In this document: positions 38,426-57,499 of the stretch, in pieces
How the letters are laid out: the number at the start of each line of letters is the position of its first letter
Position numbering within the stretch: the first letter of the stretch is position 1
Assembly: GCF_009914755.1 (NCBI RefSeq)
Contig: NC_060934.1
Reading direction: 5' to 3' (one strand)
From: the human T2T-CHM13v2.0 reference genome, Homo sapiens
DNA length: 64,000 nt
Position numbers and translations under genes: made by a program
Notes under the pieces: generated by a model
The model's database searches: none
Seen by the model: the letters and a program-made list of their open reading frames with translations, nothing else
Told to the model about the DNA's origin: nothing

Positions 38426-39049
38426 TTGTGATATTTTACTACACAATATAATACAGCTAGAATATAAGCACACGGGAGCTACAAGGGCATGAAGGAAGTT
38501 GTGTCTAATTGCCAGGGATATGAGGTAGGAGCTGAGAAGCAGGCTATAGAATAGAGAGAGGTACTCAGCAAAGGAAAACTTGTAAGGGGTTCTAAGTATC
38601 AAGTGGCTCACCATGTTAAATACCATCAGTAACTGTAATAGAGCATGACATTTTAGTTTTTCCCTTCATATTTGTTTTTATTTTAGTTGCTCTCTGCTTC
38701 TTTCTATATGCTCACTAAGTGGGCGAAATAAAAATTGGTGTTGGGGGAAGTAGGATGGAAGATAAGATTAGACAATACAAATTCACAGTTTTTATTCCAA
38801 ACTAAGTGAGAAAATATTCTTTATATTCCCCAAGTTAATAAAGGTACTTCATAAAGTAGAATATATTGCAGCTTACTGATAGAAAAATATAATCTAGGAT
38901 CAGAAAAAAATTGAATAAATCGAACCATTCTTGAACTATTCAACTTAAAAGTGTGTGTATGTATGTGTGTGTGCGTATGTGTATATGTGTGTGTACATAT
39001 ATATATACACGTTATATATACACGCACATTAAAGCCTCACTTATCCTGC

Positions 39050-39353
39050 TGTCTTAGTCCATTTGTGTGCTAAAACAAATTTTTAAAAGAACACAAATTC
39101 TGGAGGCTAAGAAGAACAAGATTAAGGTACTGGCAACTGGTGAGTGCCTTCTTGTTGTGTCCTTACATAGCAAAAGCTTGAAGGGCAAAGAAGACAATAT
39201 CCCTCCATCAAGCTCTTTTATTAGAGCATTAATCCATTCATGAGTAGAGCCCTCCTGACCTAACCTTTCAAAACATTCCATCTATCAACACTCTTGCATT
39301 AGGGATTAAGTTTCCAACACATGAAATTTGGGGAACACATATAGACCATATCA
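39050..39353 (-). mobile_element. MaLR solo LTR (MSTD/MLT1A-like)
   Basis: tgtcttagtccatttg ... gggattaagtttccaacacatgaaatttgggg..accatatca. Confidence 0.8.
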
Positions 39354-39649
39354 CCTAAGTACTTTAAAGCCTCACTTATCTTCAGTTACCTGACAACCTC
39401 AATTATCTTTGATAGAGCCAAGAATCAGAAAGTGAGTAAATAAGACTTTGAGTACAATACCCTAAATAATTTAATTCCTTCAATAAAATATGTGAGCCCC
39501 TTTGTGCTCATACACGATTGTGATCAAGACTGACTTAGCCTGACCCAGAGCTTTTGTACTAAAGTTAGGATACTTTCCTTATGGAGGAAGTCCTTGGGTT
39601 TTTCACTTAGGACAAACTGTCTCTTATATATAACAGTATTTTGTTTTAA

Positions 39650-41120
39650 AATTTTGCATCTGCTTTCCCAAGGGATATCGGTTTGTGATGTCTTTGTAAT
39701 GTCTTTGGTTTCAGTGTCAGGGTAATAACCGCTTTATAATATTAGTTAGGAAACGTTCTCTATTCTACTTTTTGGAAGAGTTTGTGAAGAGTTGCTATGA
39801 ATTGTTTCATGTTTGGTAGCATTCAGCAGTAAGCCATCTGGCCATGAGATTTTCTTAGTGGGAAGTTTCACATTCATAATTCAATCTCTTTACTTGTTAT
39901 AGATCTATTCAGATTTTCTATTTCTTCTAGAGTCAGTTTCAGTAGTTTATGTCTTTCTAGGATTTTTTCATTCATCTACATTATAAAATTTAATGACAAA
40001 GTTGTTTATGGCATTTTAAATAATCATTTATATTTCTGTAAGTTTAACTAAGGGTTTGTAATTTTTACTGATCTTTATAAAGAACCAACTTTTGGTTTTG
40101 TTAATTTTCTTTATCGCTTTTTGATTTATTATTTCATTTATTTCTGCTGTATTCTTCATTAGCTTATTTTAAAATAATTTTTGGTATACAATTAAGATAT
40201 GCAATGTGATGTTATAATATAGATAGTAAAATCATTACAATTGTGTAGCAAATTAACATATCCATCATCTCACATAGTTACCTGTTTTGTTTTTACAGCA
40301 AAAGCAGCAAAAATCTACTCATTTTGCATGAACCCCATATGCAGTAAAATTTATTACTTATGGTCCTCATTAGACCTCTAGATTTGATCATCCTACATAT
40401 CTGCTATTTTGTATTCTTTTACCTTCATCTCCCCATTGCCTCTTACCTACCTCCTTCCCTCCCATTCCTGGTAACACCTGTTTTCTATCTCCCTGTATTA
40501 AATTGTTTTCTTTTAGATTCCACATGTAAGTGAGATCATGCAATATTTTTCTTTCTGTAGCTGGCTTATTTCACTTAGCATAATGTCAACTCATCTCATT
40601 CATGTTCCGGCAAATGCAAGACTTAGTTCTTTTTTACAGTTGAATGATTTATTGTCTTATTTCTTTTGTTTGTTTTGGGTTTAGTTTAATTTTTAAGTTG
40701 GAAGGCTAGATTATTATTTGAGATGTTTCTCATTTTTTATTACATGCAGTGACAGCATAAATTTCTCTCTAGTTACTGCTTTAGCTATGGATGCATAGGT
40801 TTTGGTTTGTTGCATCTTCATTTCATTTATCTGAAGGTGTTTTCTAATTTTCATTGTGATTTATTCTTTGATCCATTGGTTATTAAAGAGCATTGTTTAA
40901 GTCCCACATATTTGTGAATTCCCCAAATTTCCTGCTGTTATTGATTTCTAATTTCATTTCTTTATTGTTGTGGAATATATATGATTTCAATCCTTATATA
41001 TTTAATGAGGCTTATTTTGTGGACTAACTTAGAGTTAATCCTAGAGAAAGTTCCATGGACACTTTAGGAAAATGTGCATTCTTTTGTTGTTAGGTGGTGA
41101 CATCTGTTACATCGAGTTGG
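39650..41120 (-). mobile_element. Ancient L1M ORF2 fragment with a nested L1MA 3' end (~40170-40650)
   Basis: Antisense ORF2 relics either side of ttaacatatccatcatctcacatagtta...agattccacatgtaagtgagatcatg. Confidence 0.8.
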
Positions 41121-41293
41121 TATATAGTTTTGTAAAATCCTAGAAAGTTTGTTCATACATGCAACAGCTGATGTTGGGTTTTATTGTATTTTCTACCAAC
41201 TGGTAACTTTTATAAATTACATATTTTTAAAATGATTTATTTTATAATTGACACAGATTATCTTCTCAGGTATGCTATTTCTCGAAGTCTTAA

Positions 41294-41596
<303 letters not shown>

Positions 41597-42117
41597 AAGA
41601 CTAATATATTAAATCAAGCCAAAAATCAATTAAAACTACATTTGTCTTTTAATAAACTGAAACATATACATACTAGCAAGTTCTACATTAGAATATTTAC
41701 ACCAGGGAGAAGTAAATCTTTTCTTCCTCCAGCCTGAAGGGGTTTCTACACGTCATTTTTTGTGCCAGGAATAACATTCGTTTCCTTCCAGGGACATACT
41801 CACCTTCTAGAGTATGTCCATATTGTGGTTCCAGAAAGACAAATCTTTCATTGATATATTGTGATCTGGGCTTTTCATCCTCATTTTTGGAGTGGGTTAT
41901 GCACGGTGGGAGGGATAAGAAAACCACAATGTAAAGTAGCGTATGTTACATAACGCAGGGACGCTTTTATAGTTTTTGCCTAAACTATGATGCATAGTTT
42001 GGTTATAGACGAACTCAGAACCACTTTTCTTGTAAAATATGAAGGACTCATATACTAAGCAGAGAAAGCTTGGGATTCTAGTTCTGGCTATACAGTGATT
42101 TATTTGTGTGATCTTTG

Positions 42118-42407
42118 TTTTTATTTTATTTTTGGAGATGGGGTCTCGCTCAGCTGCAGTGCAGTGGTAAAATCATAGCTCACTGCAGCCTTGACCTCCA
42201 GGGATCGCACCATCTTCCTGCCTCAGCCCCCTAAGTAGCCAGAACTGCAGGTGCTCACCACCACACCAGGCCATTTTTTAATTTTTTTGTAGAGACAGGG
42301 TCTCCATTTGTTGCCCAGGCTGGTCTCAAACTTCTGGACTCAAGTGAGTCTACTGCTTTGGCCTCCCAAAGTGCTGGGATTATACGTGTGAGCCACCATG
42401 CCCAGCC
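42118..42407 (-). mobile_element. AluJ, inserted in a MIR relic
   Basis: TSD ttatttgtgtgatctttg at 42100-42117 and 42408-42425. Confidence 0.93.
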
Positions 42408-42970
42408 TTATTTGTGTGATCTTTGAAAAAATCATCTTATTTTTGTCTGCCTTATTTCATTTTACTATCAAAAGGAAGAGGGTAGACAAGAGTACTTAGA
42501 GGCTTCCTTTCAATTTTTACATTTTTGTACTACATTTAAATGTGGAAGAATCACTCCCAACAAAAATGGGTAATTAAAACCTCAGAGTTAGAGTGAGTAT
42601 GAGGAATTGTTTTGCAAATGAAGGAAATAATGGAGAATTTAGATTTTTTTCCCAGTATATAAAGACATCTAAATCCTGTTGTATGAAGGATAAACTCATA
42701 GAATCGGATGTAGCACTACACTTTTGTTTCTGGGACCACCTAAAACTAACCCATTCTAACCAGGTGGCTGCCTAATCTCCATCTGTATCCTTAGAGATCT
42801 CATGATTTCTTTAGATGATGTGTTAAAAAACATGCTAGGCTTTTGGCTTCACCATTATGACCTGTTCCTTATATAAGCAAGAATTATTAAACGTGTGGTT
42901 AGCAAATGCTTCACAAAATCAAGTTGCTTGCTTCTTTGTATCATGCTTTTCTAGAAAAGTGAAACTTTGA

Positions 42971-43390
<420 letters not shown>

Positions 43391-45932
43391 TTAAATAGTC
43401 AACTCCTTAAGGATGTTCTAAGTCTACTCACATTAAATCCAGTCATTTATACTTTTTTCCCTCTACATCTATACAATTTGACAGTGATATTTGATGTACC
43501 TAATAAGCTTCTGCAAGACCTTAAATCACCATATGGAACTCTACTAGCCAATGGTTAGTATGGGCCTGATAACCAATACACTGACCACACTAAAACAAAA
43601 GCCGTCTTATGTTGGAAACATTTTGAAAGGTAAAGACTGAAATAAAAAGGTCTTTCTTGTAATTGTTCTAAAAATGCAACTAACAGGAAATACATTATTT
43701 GCTGAGAATTCTACTGAATAATAATTCTGCATATTATTAACTGAGAATAATGCTACTATTTCTCCCTAGCGTCTTCCAATGCATTGGAGTTAAAGTCGTC
43801 AGGCCATCAATACTCTCCTATTCCTTCTCCCCTGTGTACTACAATCTTTTTTTACTTCCCTGTCATTTGCTATCCCCTGTGTGTCTCTAAACCAACTGCT
43901 TGAGTACCCTTGCCAATTTCTTAAGTACACACACTTATGCAAGTTGTAAAATGAGTATCATCAAGCCCTCATTTGGGATCATCTGATATATACGTCCCCT
44001 TGTGGCGCTAAGCAGCAAAAAGATCCCTCCGAGAAAATCTCCAAAGAAAAAGAAAACCTCCCAAGGCATAAACTTAACCAATCACACAAACAAGTACAAA
44101 AGAACAGAGAGAGCAATTAATTTTTGACCCATGACAACCTACTTATTTCTTCACACATAGAAGTTATTACCCTTTTCTAAGCAACATTCCTACTCAAGTA
44201 ATTATTGGCCATAAAATTATCCATAAAAGCTGTTGAGGAATCTGAATAATTAAAACTGCCTTTGATCATAGCTGGATTAAATACTCAAAGGTGATATGTT
44301 AATATTTTTCTAACTTTGTGTTTGTCTTCAACTTGAAAAACTAGCCTAAAATGAACTTTTTGAAAGTGATATAATTAAATGACATTTATATTCTTAGTGG
44401 AATTGTTTTATTTTTAAATAATGGGTGTTTAAACATAATTAGGTGCTTTCATATAATGCATACATTAATTTTTATATTACAGTAAAACATGTCCTTAAAT
44501 GTTTCTTTCTTTTGTCCTATTCTAATCTTGTCCTTTCTCCACTTTAATAGAAAAATCATGCAAGGAGGCCATGCAGACAAATGTACAGCAGTCCTGTTAG
44601 CATTTAATCTCTGCTTAAATAAATGCAAATATTGCTGCTGATGGTATTGAAGCCTTGTCCAGTAATCATCTGGGGAGCTCGCCCATTCATTTTTCAAGCT
44701 GTGTCCATTACAATCAGTCACTGAAGATTGTGATCTAGGATATTCGTTCTTCACGAAAACAATGAAATTAAACTACAGGGCACTGGAAAATTGCTTTCAT
44801 ATTCAAGCTGGGCTACACATATACAGACACCTTGTTGATGATTTTACTGCCTCGAAGAAAATGTATTGCTACTGCCACAAGCCTGTCTTTTGGCACTTTA
44901 TCACTTACAAGTGATGATAAAATTGCGACAATGAGACTTCTTTTTAATCTCATAGGTCACTGCTGGTAGTCTGGACTCTCCACCCTTTTGTCCTCTCATT
45001 TAGGGTAGATAAGGTGGAAAATTCCCTTTAGCTGTCTCTAAATTTCATTTAAACAATAGCAAAAACTGACTTTGTCTTCTGATTTTCAAGTCCCTAGATC
45101 TTTTAATGTATCAGTTTTATTTCCTCATATTTTAAAATTAATTTTTAGAAAGAGTTCTGAGTCTATTTGAAATTGTTTTTATAAAACTAAATTACTAGAT
45201 GTATTCTGAAGGGTTCAAATACTTTTATGAATCATAAATATGAGAATGCTGACTATAAAGCGATTTTTGTTGCTGAGTTTCTTTTCATTATTATAACCAT
45301 CAGTTTTTACTAACTACTCAGATAAGGATATTTAGACAGATATTCAATCTGGCAACATACAACTGCCAAAAAATCGTATTTCTGAAAAAGTTTCTCGAAT
45401 CCTTGAGCCCTTATATAACAAACAGTGAAGCGAATAATAAAATACATATTTAAAGCTCCTATTTTTGAGGGTTTTTTTTTTCTCTTTGATTTGTGAACTT
45501 TTTCACAGGTTTTCTTCGGGGAATCCTTCTCAAAAGCCTCGGATGCATAGTGCCATGCTCTATTTCTCTGACACGGATTTTGTGTGTTATTTTAACAATC
45601 TGTCAGCAATAAAGGAAGCCTTTGTTGCTTTCATAATACACTACGTCTTACAGAAGAATGTTTTATATTATATAAATGAGGAGTAATGGACTCTCAAGGT
45701 AGCATTTTATTTCCACTAAAGTATCAAGGGTGCAATTCAGAATGTCTTCTCTCAAAAGGTTCCAAATAAACAGTTTACAAATGTATTTTTATTTCTGATT
45801 TAAATATGCACTCCACCTAGCTAGCTTCATTTTACAGGTATATAAACCATCAAAAAAGGAAAGTTAGCATGTTTTTACGTGTTTATTTAGTCAGGATACA
45901 TTTTTTAGATAGCAAAAACAGGCTGGGGATGA

Positions 45933-46227
<295 letters not shown>

Positions 46228-46427
46228 AGTGGCCATTTTTATTTATGGTGAACCTACTGTCTGTCAGGGACTGTGCTGGGTGCTGTATAATATCTCTAGT
46301 ACTGCCGTTATGTCTTATTATACCCATTTAAAAAATGAGAAAAGTGATGCATGGGAAGTTTGTTCCCAGGTAGTGAAAGACTGAGCCAGGATTCAAGTAG
46401 TGCTTTATTCACCACTAAAAATGATTT

Positions 46428-46813
<386 letters not shown>

Positions 46814-47350
46814 TCAAAGGGACACTGATGTTGGGTTTTCATCCTTTTGCAACCCTGTGTAGGACTGCCATGGGCTGTCAGTCTCTAGATCTACAACTCA
46901 GCATCGTGTCCACAGGACCCATTTAGATTATTACGCATGAGATTATTTTCTAAGCATGTGTCCTGATGAGTGAACTTTTTGCGGGGAGGAGGGTTTGTTG
47001 GAAGAGGCAGTTAAACCTACTTGATTTTCTTTCTCATTAGCTTTTATTTCAGCTTGAGTGCAGGGCTTACAGCTTATGTAGTTGTCTATGCAGGCGTGTT
47101 TTCTCACACTGTGATTCTATATACTTGCATTCAGAGAATGATACCCACTCTTTGCTTCTTATCATTTATGGCTCTGTGCAATCCTTTGTGGACTGACTTG
47201 CAGACTCAAATATAAAAGCAGCAAGGAGTTTACTCATCAAGTTACTCCCGTTTTCTTTCTCGCTAACGTCACCATGAAGTCTTGTATGATCAGTTGGAAA
47301 AAAGAAAATCACTTCCTACTGGGGTGACTCTATATAAAAATACAGCTCTC

Positions 47351-48028
47351 TGGAAGCCATTGTTCTAAGTGAATTAACACAGGAACAGAAAACCCAATAC
47401 TGCATGTTCTCATTTATAAGTGAGAGCTAAACATTGAGTACACATGGACACAAAGAAGGAAACAGTAGACACTGGGGGTGGAGGGAGGGATGTGGGTTAG
47501 GACTGAAAAACTATAATACCTATCAGATACTATGCTCATTACCTGGGTGACAAAATTATCTGTACACCAAACTTCCATGACACGCAATTTATACTCATGT
47601 AACAAACCTGTGCATGTATGCCGTATGAGTCTGTTCCCATGCTGCTCATAAAGGCATACCTGAGACTGGGTAATTTACAAAGGAAGAGGTTTAATGGACT
47701 CACATTTCCACTTGGCTGGGGAGGCCTCACAATCACGGCAGAAGGTGAAAGGCACGTCTTACATGGTGGCAGGCAAGAGACAGAGCTTTTGCAGGGAAAC
47801 TCCTCCTGATAAAACCATCAGGTCTCATGAGGCTCATTCACTATCATGAGAAGAGCATGAGAAAGATCTGCCCTTATGATTCAATTACCTCCCACTGGGT
47901 CCCTTCCATGACACGTGTGAATGGTGGGAGCTACAATTCAAGATGAGATTTGAGTGGGGACACAGCCAAACCATATCATACCCCATTGAACCTGAAATAA
48001 AAGTATAAAAGTTAGAAAGAAAAAAAAA
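47351..48028 (+). mobile_element. L1PA16-like 3' end, interrupted by a THE1 LTR
   Basis: Sense 3'UTR ending gaacctgaaataaaagt...; near-TSD aaaaat(a/g)cagctc. Confidence 0.87.
47622..47978 (-). mobile_element. THE1B-like solo LTR
   Basis: Ends ...cacagccaaaccatatca; splits the L1 motif catgta|cccc. Confidence 0.93.
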
Positions 48029-49339
48029 TGCAGCTCCCGTAAGCACAGAGATAAATAAGACAAGCAGGTGCCCTCTTGGCCTCTCTGTAGGCTTGTTTTT
48101 GTTAAACGTGATTGTATTTGTAAATTATTTCTTCAGTGATGAGGAATGACCATGATGATTTGATATCACTTCGCCTAGTGCCTAGAACTGCACCCTGAAT
48201 GAGAAATCATGAAAATGCATTTACTAATATTTATGAAGGGAGAAGATGACCAGAACCTCAACCTCAGTTGATGTCTGTTTACACATACAGGTTGCAGGTC
48301 CAGTTTTATTCTGGAAAGAACAACTTCAATACTGCCTCAGAATTTTACCTCCCCCACATTGCCTGAAAATCCATAAAAGTCCATGTAAATCCTAAATAAT
48401 TTTATTTCTGCTTCAAACTAAAAGTCTTATTTTTGCTTCTAAAAGCTTTTTTTGGAGTTTTCTCCATAATTATAAAAAATGTCTGTATGTGTGACCAGAA
48501 ATTCTTTAATGGTGAATGCTTAAAGATTCTAAAAGAGGAGTAATTGGGTCATTTGTAAAAATATCACAGCCTATGCCTTACTACAGAATGTTTTTCCCTT
48601 ATGCAAATGGAGAAAGACTCTTAGGATTTTCTTAAGAAAACGATTAGTTTCTTGAAGAAATATAGCAAAAGCTTTTAAATCAGAATCTTCTTGCTGAAGC
48701 TTTGCTTGAAGAGAAATTATCGTTATAGTGGGGGTTACAGGAGAAGGCTGTACTCAGAAGCACAGGTGGTGGCACAGCTTAGTAATTTCACTAGAAAGTA
48801 AGGTTTGTTTCTTTAACCTTGCAGGTCTGGAATCTGGATTTCTTTAGTAAAATCAAAGAAGATTTGATGGATAATGAACTTATATGAGACTGATACATAA
48901 GTCAGAAAGTCAATTTATTAATTTTAATGTGGGAATTTAAAATTCTAGTGCCTGGGATGCATCTATTTCCTATTGAGGTCATCTTTTATCCCCTATCAAG
49001 ATTCCTGGGAAGCCAGGCAGAAGTCTCCTTAGTGAGCACGGATTTGTGCAAACCTTCAGGCATGTTTCATGGTGAAAGTTTATGGTAATACACATTCTCT
49101 ACAGAAGAGATAAGTTCTCTTATATAGGAATACTTGCACATGTCAGATTCAGCCTCTTTCTCACCTATACTATGCTAGACAAAAAGTTAACATTTTTATT
49201 TTCCAGATACACTTTTTCCATGTAAGCCAGCCTCATTAGTTGGACATTGGTTATTTACATATGTGTTTAGAATAGACAAAGTTGAAAGTCCCATTCAATT
49301 TCTAATGGAACTGGAAACTAGAACTTCAATGAAAAAGAG

Positions 49340-51400
<2,061 letters not shown>

Positions 51401-53671
51401 TTTACAGAATAAAGCCCAAACTTTATATTGATGTGCATGGCCCTTTGTTCTCTGCCTCCAGCTTTCTTTAGAGGTAATTCACTTTCCTCTACATTTGCTG
51501 CACTGCGGCTTCACGGAGTTTCTTGTCATTCCCTGATGAGAAGTCCGTTCAGTCTCCTGGTCTAGATTCATCGTATGTCCTCCACGTGAAATGGACTGGG
51601 CTGGTTCTAGGCCGGAAGACACCATTTCAGACCTGAGCACACATATTCCTTCTTTTTTGACAACTTACTTTTTCCCCTAAGCAGATGAACATGACCCTCC
51701 TTTATGCTTTAATACTTTTTCTTCTATAAGACATATCACATTTATAAATTATTCTTATTTGTTTACCTGACTGGCTGATTTCCCTATTAGAGTGTATGTT
51801 CTTTGAGGGCAGAGATGAAGTCTTGTTCACTTTGGTGTCGTTAGTATCTGGCAAAGTTTCTGCACTATACAGGAGCCCAGTAAATTGTTAAGAAAATAAA
51901 TCAAAACAAAAAGTCAACCAGTAACAAATTTATGGGAAGCTTCATTTTAGTATATGAATGCTATAATTATAAGTCTTAATCTTTAAAAATCATTTTTCCT
52001 ATTATAGAACTTATCTATGTTTATCATAAAAAATTGAACAGAACAGAAAGGTATATGATGAGATTATTTATCTAATTTTTGTGCATATATGCTTTATTTT
52101 GACATAACATCACATATGGAAAATTTTATATCCTACTATTATCTTGTTATAAGCATTTTCCAATGCATGTTATCAAAATTATTCATTACTGTTTGTTATG
52201 GTAAATGATTAAACTGAATAGAGTTAAAATAATTTATTAAAGTATTCTCCTACTATAATGTTTTTTTTTTTTACAACTTTTTGTTATTAAAAAGAATGCC
52301 ACAATATTCTTTTTGGTTTATATACATTATACAAGTATTGGACCTAATCTTTTTAAAATTATGCTTTAAAAAGTTTGCATTACAGATTATTTCCTTGGGA
52401 TAAATCATACAGCAAAATAACTGAGCTAAGAATTGGTAGATATTTTAACAAACTGTTTTCTAGAAAAGATGTAGATTCACACTTCCATCAGCAAAATGAG
52501 TGTCAGTTTCACTGCTTGCTTGCCATCACTGAATATTATAGGTTTTTAAATGTTGGGGATAAATATTTTTCACATATTTATTAGTCATTTGTTTCTCTTC
52601 TATTTTCTCTGTGGGATAGTAGTGCTATTCTTTTCAATTATATGAATTATTTTTATGTTAAATATATTAACCATTTATCAGAAATATTTATGAAAACTAT
52701 TTTTCCTGCTTGTGGTTTATATTTAGTCTTATTTGTAGTGTCGCTTAGTTAAAAAACACAGGTTGTATGTGTCCTACTACTTACCAGCTATTTGAAATTC
52801 AGCAAATAACCTCTGGAAAAGTCCTCTTCCTAGCTCTATTTCACAAGGTTGATTTGAAGATTACATGAAGATTGTAAACATTAAATGAAGTAATGTACAT
52901 AAAGGGCTTAAAATAATATTCACTGTCCATCGGTGCAAAGCAGTAATAGTTTCTCTGCTCTTTACTCAGCTTCTTCTCTGTCTGTTTTTATGGAATTAAA
53001 TCAATGCTTATTTTATTTTTAAGTTACTTATTTATATTTAGCTTAGAATAAAAAGCATTTTCTTTAAAAACTAGGTAAATATTCCCTCTTTACCTTGCTG
53101 AGCTAATAGGGAGTAAGCTGGGTCTCTCTATAGTCGTGAGGCTGGAGATAAATGCTCTTCTAAAGGGAAGACATTTCCCAGCCAGCCCTTTCTGCCTCCC
53201 TCAATTCAGCATCCACCACTCTGTATCTAGGAGAAATTCTGCAAAGATTCTTACCAATACACAGCATTCTTCTTTAGCACTTAGAGTTTGCAATCTTTGA
53301 TCATGTCCCTGGGACCTGGAGGGTAAGAGGTGTCTTTGCTTGCACCAGCATCTTTAACTTAATGTTAACTTTTAACTATTATGGACACCAATTGCACTTG
53401 TCAGTGATAGAGTGATTCTCTGAAACTATTTTGCAATACACAGGGCTATCTGTGGCGTACTAAATGGCTCCAAGTTATTATTACTGAGTTCTTAAATCTA
53501 TGCTTTAAGATTTGTCTCATCTCTGATACACAAGTTTCATGTTATCAGTGTTTCCCGTTGTCAATTTGCTGCCTTCAATATCTCCAACTTCTAACTTACT
53601 GCTTCTAACTTGCTATAGACAGGGAAAGCACATAAACAAAGCAGGTAAAACTGTGTCTAAAGTAAAATACT

Positions 53672-53826
53672 GGCCAGGTGTGGTGGGTCAGGTTTGTCAT
53701 CCCAGCACTCTGGGAGGCTGAGGCAAGAGGATTGCTTGAGCTCAGGAGGTCGACCCTGCGGTAGGCTATAATTGCACCACTGCACTCCAGCCTGGGCAAC
53801 AGAGAAAGACCCTGTCTCAAGAAAAA
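53672..53826 (+). mobile_element. Alu monomer (FRAM-like)
   Basis: Single right-arm-type monomer with short A tail. Confidence 0.8.
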
Positions 53827-54617
53827 GTACCCAAGGTAAAACCTAAAGATGTTTTTAATGAGCATAGGGCTCATAAGATTTGGTCCGCATGTCAACTGTT
53901 TCTATTATTTCCTGAGATTCACTATATTCCAGAAAGATGAAGTTTCTAGATTAATGATTTATGTGTATGTGGAGCATGTGTATGTATTGCTGTCATACAT
54001 GGTGAGTTCTGACCCTAGTGGCCTCAGTAGAATCTACATGGTAAATGGGTTTCTATTAAAACAAAGAGTACATTACATTTTCTTTAGGGGTGGCACACCA
54101 AAAAGAAATGATTTCTTAAGACACCTTAACCGAATACTACTTTAACTTAGTTCAGAACTGAAGCCTACAGCCATTTATGCTTTAAGTTATAGCTTTCACC
54201 TAAGAAAAATATACTACCCATTTTGAAATATCTCAAAATATTGCAAAATAACCATCAATCAGGGTCTTAAAATACTTATGATTTGTATCCTTTGGAAACC
54301 TTTGCCATAATTTTGTGTTACTATTTAAAATAGAGCAGTTTAAGCAGTCAACTTGCTGTTGGTTTTTTTTTCCACCACCAAGATAGCAGCTAAAATTTTA
54401 TACATCCTCATAAAACTTTATCATATAATCAGCATAAGGTCAGGAGAAGTTGAATCAAGTAATGAAACAGTTCTCAGGATATGAATTATTTTAAAGGAAA
54501 CACTCCCAATACTATTTTTTTTTGTAGATCTTTCTTATTCATGGCATGATTCAGAAAGTTTTCTATTCAGTAACATTCAAGACTTCTATGGGGTATTTGT
54601 TTTCTTACATTAAGAGA

Positions 54618-54916
54618 TTTTTTTTTTTTTTTTTGAGACAGAATCTTAGTTTGTCATTCGGGTTGGAGTGCAGTGGTGCTATCATAGCTCACTGCAGCCT
54701 TGAATTCCTGAGTCCAAGCAATCCTCCTGCCTCAGCTCTCTAAGTAGCTAGGACTATAGTCATACACTACTGTGTTTGGCTTATTTTCTACTTTTTTTGA
54801 AGAGTCAAGGTCTTGCTATGTTGCCCAGGCTGGTCTCAATCCCCTGGCCTCAAGCAATCCTCCTGCCTCAGCCTCCCCAAAAGCTAGGATTATAGCATGA
54901 GCCATCATGCTTGGCC
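54618..54916 (-). mobile_element. AluJ
   Basis: atcatagctcactgcagccttg, AluJ-type. Confidence 0.92.
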
Positions 54917-55082
54917 AAGATATTTGTTAAAATGAGGACATAATTTCTAATAAATTCCCATGGTGATGATATCTATACAGTACATTCTGATATCAGTGAT
55001 TTACAAATATATTTTTATTTTATTCCTCAAAGTTAACTGAAAAAATTTATTCTCCATCTTTTAAGTCAAATTTACTTATAAC

Positions 55083-55389
<307 letters not shown>

Positions 55390-56411
55390 TTACTTTTAAC
55401 TTATATTCTATAATGTAATTCTTGAATAGAGACTCTGGAATAATTCAATGTGTGGTTTTCTAGAGGAGAAAAGTGAACACAGTAATGCCAAGTAACGCAT
55501 TTCAAAGAAATCATGTGAATGACGGTGAAATCAAGATTTCATTTAACTTTGAAACCCTTTAACTATATTATTTTTAGTGTAACACAGAAACATCTTCCCC
55601 ACTTTGCTCTAAAACACCATAGACTTTAAAGCTATGTGTATTTATCTATAGACATTCCTTAGCATTGTATAAAATGGTTAAAAACATTAAACTTTCGATT
55701 TTTTACAATAATTCCTAAGTTCATTTACAAATCTTAACCACATACTAATTTTTCTTATAAAAATAATTGCAAACACATCCAAAATTCAAGTGGCATACAA
55801 GTTCATGAAGTAAAAACACCTAAGGTTCCCTGCCTCCTTAAATCCCACAATGTCTCAGTGTTTGATGGATATGCTGAAAGTGAAAGAAGTCTCAGTCTAA
55901 AACATTTTGCCTAAGCAGAGGATAACGAATTTGCTTTTCCACCAAAGAGCAAAATGCTAGACTTGTACCTGGATGTCATCAAACTCGAGCAAGTATAAGC
56001 ATTTGAAGTTTGTGCCTTGGAGCTGAAAAACAAGTACGCTTGAATGCTACAGGCTAAGGAATGAGGAAAAAAAAATTAGAGAAATGACCTAGAGAAATAT
56101 AAGATGATTTGTATCTTAGTGCATCTGCCGTTGTTTAGGGATATCTATTTTCCCTATCTGTCTTTCTAATCTAGTGTTCTCTTTTTCCTTTAATAATATG
56201 AAATCTTATTTTTCTTTTCTCATGTGTTTCATTTATTATTCTTTACTGTTTATAGAGATACATATCAGAGTATGCAAGGAGTCACTTTAAAAAATGCTAG
56301 AAGATAAGGACGGCTGTGGAATGTTAGGACCCCAAAGTTCATAATCAGATTTCATTTGCTCTGATGAGCGAAATGCTGCACAAGGCTGGAAATGGGGTAT
56401 TGATCTACTCA

Positions 56412-56927
<516 letters not shown>

Positions 56928-56984
56928 TTAGCACCAGCATTCACATGATAGGGGCTGACTGATAAGGGATTGTTTAACGAATAA

Positions 56985-57307
<323 letters not shown>

Positions 57308-57499
57308 GCAACCTTTTAAATAAGGATATAGAAGCAGATTCACTATTGTAGAAACATATTATGGTCATCAGGATCTAACCACAGAAATCTTATAGTTCCT
57401 AGATAAATGGAACACATCTTCTAACAACAACAACGACAAAAAGTCAGTCAAACTAGCAATCTCTTCTTTCCCCCTACTCTGACGTCTGGCAATATTTCA

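Noticed and set aside
41697-41927. Minus-strand exon with strong AAG|GTGAGT donor at ~41803 and 76-aa ORF
   Set aside because: No convincing acceptor and no recognisable protein; isolated donors are expected by chance.
48805-48890. Possible terminal exon VWNLDFFSKIKEDLMDNELI* after a good acceptor
   Set aside because: No recognisable protein and no donor or nearby supporting signal.
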